IMG/VR virus record: IMGVR_UViG_3300025015_000010
Coordinates: 64,001 to 128,000 of that record
Length of the DNA: 64,000 bases
Origin: a virus
Direction: 5' to 3' (one strand)
Shown here in pieces: positions 58,033 to 64,000 of the stretch. Under the pieces are notes generated by a model. It was not told the origin of the DNA and made no database searches. It saw only the letters and a list, made by a program, of their open reading frames with translations. The position numbers and the translations under genes were made by a program. Position 1 is the stretch's first letter. Each line of letters opens with the position of its first letter.

Positions 58033-60019
58033 TCAGTCCATTTTTCACTATAAACACGTTTTTCACATCTGGAGCATTTAAAGTGTAACGTGACCTTGTA
58101 GCACTTGTATCTTACCTTTTTTGAGAAGAAAAAGCGTTCACAGTTACAGGCTTCTGACGAACAGTAGCAGTCGCTTCTGCTACCTTCATCTCTTTCTTCG
58201 TAGTGTGTTTCCTGATCACGGCTGTCTTCGATGTAATCGTGTCCTCTACGGTTACATTCCCACAAGCCAGGATTCTCTTTTAACAGCCTTGCTTGCTGCC
58301 TTTCTTCTTCTAGGTCTTCCTGAGTCCTGTAGCTATCAGTCATAGCGGCACCTTTATGTTTTAGTTAGTTCGTCCAACGCCTGGCGCAGAATGGCTGCAC
58401 GTTCATCTCTGTGTTCAGCATAAGCTTCACCTGTGAGTAGTTTTAGTTGCTTGATCACTGAGTTTTCGACTGACCGTTTTGTGCTTTCTTGTTCAAATAA
58501 TTGACCGGCTTTATGTGCAGCAGTCATCCAATCTTTCTTTGGCCCAGCCTGTGTTTTTTGAAGTATTGCACTTAGGTTATATTTGTACAGATTCCCAAGG
58601 CTGTCTAAAGGTATTACGACTATTTCGCGCCCCAGATTGTCTAGTTTGTGTCGCCACAGTTCTACGCATAGAATAGCGGCTTCCTCAGGCGATTCTGTGT
58701 TGAGTTCAAGATTAGTGATTTTGCCAGAGGTTACTTTATATGCCCGCATAGAGTTGTTTCCTTCTTTCAGAGTCGAGTTTAAGTGTGGATTGTAATTCGT
58801 AGTCACCGACTTTGGTGCCAGACCCTTTACAGATTGTGGTCCTCCACAACGGGCGTCGAGTTCCTGGGCCGACTTTCTCAACATGGCCAAACGATTCAGA
58901 ATGTCTAACTATTTTGCCGTTGGCCATAAAACCGACTGACCAGGAAGCGCAGCATGGACATGATGTGTAGCCTATTACATGCCATGGCTTGAGAATTCTA
59001 TGTCTTCGGATCAAGTAGGCGTACCTCGAAGGTAGAGTCAGGTCGTGCTGCGGCTTCAAGAGCACTAATTGAGCCACAATCCTTTATGGCATTTCTTAGG
59101 GTCATGTCAAGTCCAGCGAGATTAGCCAGGATGTCCATTCCGTCGTCGTAGTTATCTTCCTGATGAATAAGCCGTATGGCCTGGCGGATTAATTGACGCT
59201 CTTTCTTGGTCACCGCCCTAGGGCCTTAGCAATTGCGATCTTTGCTTTAGATCCACAGTCACTGCTGCTTACAGAGTCCATGTGCTCAGGCGTAAATTCA
59301 CGGAGAATTTCCTGAAGCGCAGCCAGTAGTTCTGGCGCAGCGGATACGAGATGGCCATTAGCTGTGCAGCGTTCACTAGTAGGCGATCCAGGATGAAAGC
59401 TAAAAATTGCACAGTCCGCGACCATAAAGCCGTCTGGGCCTAACACAGCCTGGTACTCAACCTCTGGATTGGCGGTCCAAGGGCCTGGTGTATGAGTATC
59501 GTGCATGATTGTTACCTTTCTACGTAAGTGAGTACTTTAGTCTTTAGTAGTCATCACGGTCCTTCAATGGCCGATTCAGACTATCCTTGAGTAAGTTTTC
59601 GCCTTCCTCGCTCAGACCGCGCATCTTTAGAGTCATAGAACCAGTCTCTAATATTCGGCAATAATGATCTTGAACAGCCAGCGTACCGGCGTCGCTAGCC
59701 TGTTCAGTAGGCCCTACAAGTTCATAGTGTGATCCGCACATGACGTCTACGAATCTTATCTGGCCGTTCACGATTACAAATTTGAAACAGCCGCGAGGCA
59801 CTTTGTTAATATCTTCGATGTTCATGTAATCGATCATTCCTCATCTACCTCCACGTCGTGATCCACATCGTACTCTACACTCAGGCGTTCCCCCTGCTCA
59901 AGCAGAAAAGCCTCTGCTCTTTCCTCCCTCCCAGGGCCGATGAAGACCCTGCTAACCCCTGACAGGCCTCTTTCACCTTCATGCCAGTTCGTATGGATAA
60001 CCACCGAAACGTGTCTCAT
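58023..60019 (-). other. Run of small hypothetical ORFs
   Basis: Coupled ORFs behind a sigma70 promoter at ~60064-60091. Confidence 0.55.
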
Positions 60020-60076
60020 AGGTCACCAAGATTCTTTCGATTGCTAGGGTTAATTACAGGAGAATTATAGCATGAC

Positions 60077-60577
60077 TCAGACGTGAGTCAAGAGCTTTTC
60101 TTTAAGTTTAGTTACAATAGCCGCTGGCACTGAGCGTCTCACTTCATTCTCCCAGTTTGGATCAATACCTACGTGGCCTTTGACCATGCTGGAACTTACA
60201 TGCATTAGGCTTGGTAAACAAGGTATCCAGACAGTTTCGATGTTAGGACATATTTTTCTATTTTCTTCCGCCAAGGTCTGCTCAGCTTCGAGGTCTTTGA
60301 AATTTCGTATGCCACGGATAATAACTTGAGCGTCCAGTGATTTCGCATGCTTAACTACGTAGTGGCCTATGCAGATATCGATTGTGACATTTGGCATGTG
60401 CAGGGTCACTTCTCTGGCCATACTGGCACGTTCTTCGGGCGAGAATGTGTAGGTCTTTCGAGCATCTACGGCGATTAGAACTATGAGTTCATCATAGAGT
60501 TTAGCAGCGCGCTCGATGACGTTGATGTGTCCGTTTGTGATAGGATCAAGACTCGCAGCATAGACAGCTTTACGCAC
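60077..60577 (-). CDS. coaD: Phosphopantetheine adenylyltransferase
   Basis: DPITNGH..VIERA, FSPEER, IIRGIR, VSSSMVK. GTG start with RBS. Confidence 0.85.
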   Translation of the reverse strand: MRKAVYAASLDPITNGHINVIERAAKLYDELIVLIAVDARKTYTFSPEERASMAREVTLHMPNVTIDICIGHYVVKHAKSLDAQVIIRGIRNFKDLEAEQTLAEENRKICPNIETVWIPCLPSLMHVSSSMVKGHVGIDPNWENEVRRSVPAAIVTKLKEKLLTHV

Positions 60578-61534
60578 GTTTAGTCCTTTGTCGAAAATGA
60601 CGCGCAGCCGAGGCAGAGTAGTCCGTCTCCGCGTTTTTCTAAACCCTGAAAAGGCAGAGGTTGCTGACCGCAACGAGTGCAAGCTTTTATACCAGGTCTG
60701 AAATCGTAAAAGAAAGGTCGCTTTGCATGTGCCCAAGCGGCAGCCCAGGCTATTGCGGCCAGTCCAGCCATGAAACTAATGAGAGCACAAGCATTTGACC
60801 AGGCCATCGGAGTTACAGGCTCAGTTTCCATTTTGGTCCTTTCGTTTTCGCAAAAATCAATGCTATTTCGTTGATTCCAGTTATAGCCTGTCAACTCTCG
60901 CGTCTGCCCCTCCAAAGCTGAAGTTATTGTTAGTCTATCCGATTTCCGTTGTTATCTACGAAAGTAATTTCGTTGCTCATCGTAACATAAATAGGTTCGT
61001 CGTTGTCTGTGGTAGTCAAAAAATAACAGAGGTTAGATGGGTCGTCAGTAAAGAATTCACCCCACAAAGCCGTCATCGCTTCTCGGACGGAGTTAAATGG
61101 CCCGAAGGCATGTCCATGATCCAAGGCCACGACTTCTCGGGTGTCCTCAAAACGAAATACATACTGGGTCATGTTATTCTCCAAGTCAGAAGTCTTGTTT
61201 AACTCGACTTTAGAATATAGTACGTTACAAAGCTAAGTCAAATTAAAATTCGTAATCATCTGGATCTTCAGGATTGATAATAAGGTCGCCTGTTTCGGTA
61301 ATAGTCCACCGTTTAAAATTTCGACCACCAGACAAGTCCGCGCCTAGAAAGCCTTCGATCATCCCCTTGTGCTTTAACGTTTTGAGCCTTCCGGCAGCAG
61401 ATGCATAACTGAAGTCTTCAGTTGTTACACCGTGGTTATGATCGATGAATTTTAGCATGCTAAGCTGTTCAGCAGTAATCTCTTTCACGTTCTTCCTTTC
61501 TGTTTGGATACCAAAATTATAGCATAAACTAGTT

Positions 61535-62707
61535 TTAAGTCAAGCCTATTTTACTAATTATTTGAGACACGGTCAGATCGCCTATTTTGACATCGTATAT
61601 TTTCTTTGCTGCGGCCTGTGCTACATCTGGTCCTCTTTTGTATTTTTGACTGTAGTAGACTTCTACCCTGGTGTCTGCTATATTCGAGGCACATTTTTTA
61701 CAGGGATCATTACGTAGTATTCGTAATATACTATTGATTGCATTACAATTTTTGCATCGCCGATACTTTTTAAAGCTTTCGCCAACGTCATGCCTATAGG
61801 AGTAACTGAATTTTTTGTTAGTGGCATCACTTTTTTCATAGACTTTTTGTTTCTTACTTAGAAGTAATTTTACCCACCGATATGGCGGGTTGGCATTCTG
61901 AGGTTTGTTACGATTCCTTTTGCCCTTTGAGTTTTTAGGTTTTTCTAGCACAAGGCGCACGTTGACACTAGTGATTAAACATATGAGATTGTATGCGGCC
62001 ATAAGTAGAGGCAGGGCAAAAGGCCGTGTATAGGAAGAATCAGTAGAATTTATTATGTTTTCCCCGACAAATTTTTTACTGGAGTCTTCTTCACGTGCTA
62101 GTACGTCTAAGATGTAGTAAAATGGATAGCTTTTTTCTGAGCCACGCTTATTCTCAAAAAAGGCGTCAACTCGTATCAGCAGTTTGGCTGGTTCTTGGAG
62201 TTCTCCGTCTAATATGGCCTGATCTTTCACTTGTTTAAAGGATTCTCGTAATACGTTATCAGGCGGTAGTGGTTTGTTTGCATAAAGTGTTTTATATCTT
62301 TGAAATGCTAGTTCTGTGATTTCCAAAGCCCTATTTTCCGTAAAAATCTCTACCATGATTGCGCAAATAGGCTCTCTAATTCCAGGGATTCGTATAGGCG
62401 CGCCTTCAAACCAGCACTTCGATGTTGGCATTTGTAGGTCGCACCATCGAGGGAACCTATTTTTAGCTAGGCAGACTTCTTGGAAAATATTGCCTATAAA
62501 GTATACGGAGGCTTCGGACATGGTTTGATAGGCAGCCTCAAGGCCAAGCTCGTTCTTGAATTCATCCGACTCCAATTTTTTTAGAGCAGAGTCCTGTTCC
62601 TCAGCAAAGGCTAGTCGTTCTAATTCGGCTTTTACAGCACGTATTCGTTTGGCACGCTCATCATAGAAAGCGAGTATTTTAGGATAAACTAGATCAGGCT
62701 TATTCAT
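61535..62707 (-). CDS. Hypothetical protein with C-terminal Zn ribbon
   Basis: 390-aa ORF, CxxC pairs. Confidence 0.7.
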   Translation of the reverse strand: MNKPDLVYPKILAFYDERAKRIRAVKAELERLAFAEEQDSALKKLESDEFKNELGLEAAYQTMSEASVYFIGNIFQEVCLAKNRFPRWCDLQMPTSKCWFEGAPIRIPGIREPICAIMVEIFTENRALEITELAFQRYKTLYANKPLPPDNVLRESFKQVKDQAILDGELQEPAKLLIRVDAFFENKRGSEKSYPFYYILDVLAREEDSSKKFVGENIINSTDSSYTRPFALPLLMAAYNLICLITSVNVRLVLEKPKNSKGKRNRNKPQNANPPYRWVKLLLSKKQKVYEKSDATNKKFSYSYRHDVGESFKKYRRCKNCNAINSILRILRNDPCKKCASNIADTRVEVYYSQKYKRGPDVAQAAAKKIYDVKIGDLTVSQIISKIGLT

Positions 62708-63128
62708 AATCTGTAATTAACCTTCCGTTCAAGTGGTCAATTTCGTGGCAAACGACCCTGGCTTCGTAATTAGACAGGCACAGTTCTACCTTATGTTTGG
62801 ATAGATCATTTCCAGTAACCCTGATTTCCTTGGGCCTCGGTACCGCCACTCTGGCATCTGGTATAGACAGGCAACCTTCAAATTCGGTAATTACCTTTTT
62901 AGACCGCCAGATGATTTGAGGGTTGATAAGCCCAGGAATTCCGGGCAAATCAGTAATCAGCATTCTTAGCTGTTTACCTATTTGTGGAGCAGCCAGGCCA
63001 ATACCGCCAAGTTTTCGCATCAATGTTTGCATGGCCACGATAAGTGGCTCGATGTTATAATCCGATGGCACATCCAGGCATGGCTGGGTTAGTTTTGGAT
63101 CAGGCCAGAGGACTAGTTTAAGCTTCAT
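62700..63128 (-). CDS. def: Peptide deformylase (short C-terminus)
   Basis: GIGLAAPQ, EGCLS, HEIDHLNG. Confidence 0.95.
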   Translation of the reverse strand: MKLKLVLWPDPKLTQPCLDVPSDYNIEPLIVAMQTLMRKLGGIGLAAPQIGKQLRMLITDLPGIPGLINPQIIWRSKKVITEFEGCLSIPDARVAVPRPKEIRVTGNDLSKHKVELCLSNYEARVVCHEIDHLNGRLITDYE

Positions 63129-64000
63129 ACTGACGAAGTTGCGTGGAAGATACGTGAGCATACTTTCTATGCTCAGTAGCAGAATAGGCGAATCCACCAT
63201 TTTTACCCCAGGGGCTTGCAAGCGATTTGATGGCGCCGTTGATTTCACGAGAAAACACCATAAATGCTATGTCTAGGTTTTCCAACTCGGCTATCATTTT
63301 ATTACGGTCAGAAACGCTACCTGAGTAGTATTTAGGATCGATGATCCGCTCCCAAGTATCAATGCCTACCAGAAAGGTTACGCCTGGATTAAGCCTAGCT
63401 TTGTCAATGAATAGTGGCGCATTGGTCAGTACAAGATTGCCATCAAACTGAGCAGATCGCTGTTCGATTTCAACATAGTCAAGTGGCGGTTTGTCAACAT
63501 TAGTTATGGATAATTCAAATGCTGCATGAGCGTCATAAATTTCGAGTACTGTTTGGACCATCTCTTTATGTCCATCATGCAGTGGATTAAATGATCCGGA
63601 AAGTATAAAACGCTTTGTTGCTGGATATCTATGCAGTGGTTTAGGAATATAGCAACCGGGGCTGTGAAGGATGTTTACTAGGCCTGCATCAGCAACTATT
63701 TTTGCAGTAGGTTCAATATTTGTCGTATCCGTTACAGCATCGCCCAGGAAGTCAATAATAAGTTGCGAAACTTCTGCTTCTTCGAGTTCGCGAGTATTAT
63801 CCAACTCTGTATGGAAAGTACACGTTGTGTCTCGTGTTTGGTAGGCAAGGTATACTACATGCTTCCTGTTTTCACGCTCGTCGGTTTTAGCTAACGAGCA
63901 TGTCGCACCAAAGCCAACAACTTTCTCTTTTGTCAGCTTACCTGCCTTGATGTATGCTGCCATGGCAAGTTGCCTGGCTGTCAGGTCGGAGACATACTTT
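63118..64000 (-). CDS. NMN/NaMN adenylyltransferase-like protein, probably with a CinA-like N-terminus (5' end outside the window)
   Basis: SGSFNPLHDGH, NVDKP, VGIDT..RI.DPKYY, VSSTQLR. Confidence 0.78.
   Translation of the reverse strand, partial: KYVSDLTARQLAMAAYIKAGKLTKEKVVGFGATCSLAKTDERENRKHVVYLAYQTRDTTCTFHTELDNTRELEEAEVSQLIIDFLGDAVTDTTNIEPTAKIVADAGLVNILHSPGCYIPKPLHRYPATKRFILSGSFNPLHDGHKEMVQTVLEIYDAHAAFELSITNVDKPPLDYVEIEQRSAQFDGNLVLTNAPLFIDKARLNPGVTFLVGIDTWERIIDPKYYSGSVSDRNKMIAELENLDIAFMVFSREINGAIKSLASPWGKNGGFAYSATEHRKYAHVSSTQLRQYEA

Noticed and set aside
63129-63248. N-terminal extensions on def, and on coaD (60578-60736), in the ORF track
   Set aside because: They overlap upstream genes. 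Downstream starts give normal-length proteins.
1-64000. Stop-codon reassignment as seen in some large phages
   Set aside because: Recognisable genes are full length in code 11 and end at TAA, TAG and TGA.

Overview
This 64-kb window looks like the accessory region of a large (jumbo-type) bacteriophage. It has dense short ORFs with overlapping stop/start codons, HNH nucleases, one tRNA-Lys(UUU), RNA-repair genes and auxiliary metabolic genes, but no capsid or replication hallmark genes, so the phage call is an inference. Four things stand out. (1) Three related cargo-carrying IS1595-family transposons of the ISSod11 (DDH) type, each with 24-26 bp TIRs and exact TSDs. One carries a BglII-like restriction-modification pair and sits in the tnpA of an IS200/IS605 element, which itself splits a phage gene. 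A second (9.7 kb) splits a GH73 muramidase gene and has the third nested in its transposase. (2) A ~21 kb array of small, acidic, effector-like enzymes: about 13 ADP-ribosyltransferase-like ORFs (including six paralogs of one DarT-like family), kinases, GNATs, zincins, a Nudix and a papain-like protein. A macrodomain, two NMNAT-like genes and coaD lie elsewhere in the window. (3) A second promoter class, AGTG(G/C)TAGACTT, usually with GGAC at the -35 position, shared by effector operons and by all three transposase genes. (4) A gene-poor stretch at 48.5-50.25 kb packed with perfect 10-16 bp closing stems downstream of a sigma70 promoter, next to a T4 Rnl1-like RNA ligase; this is a candidate multi-ncRNA locus. 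Element boundaries, TIRs, TSDs and hairpins were read directly from the sequence. Protein family calls come from motif recognition only; no database search was run.
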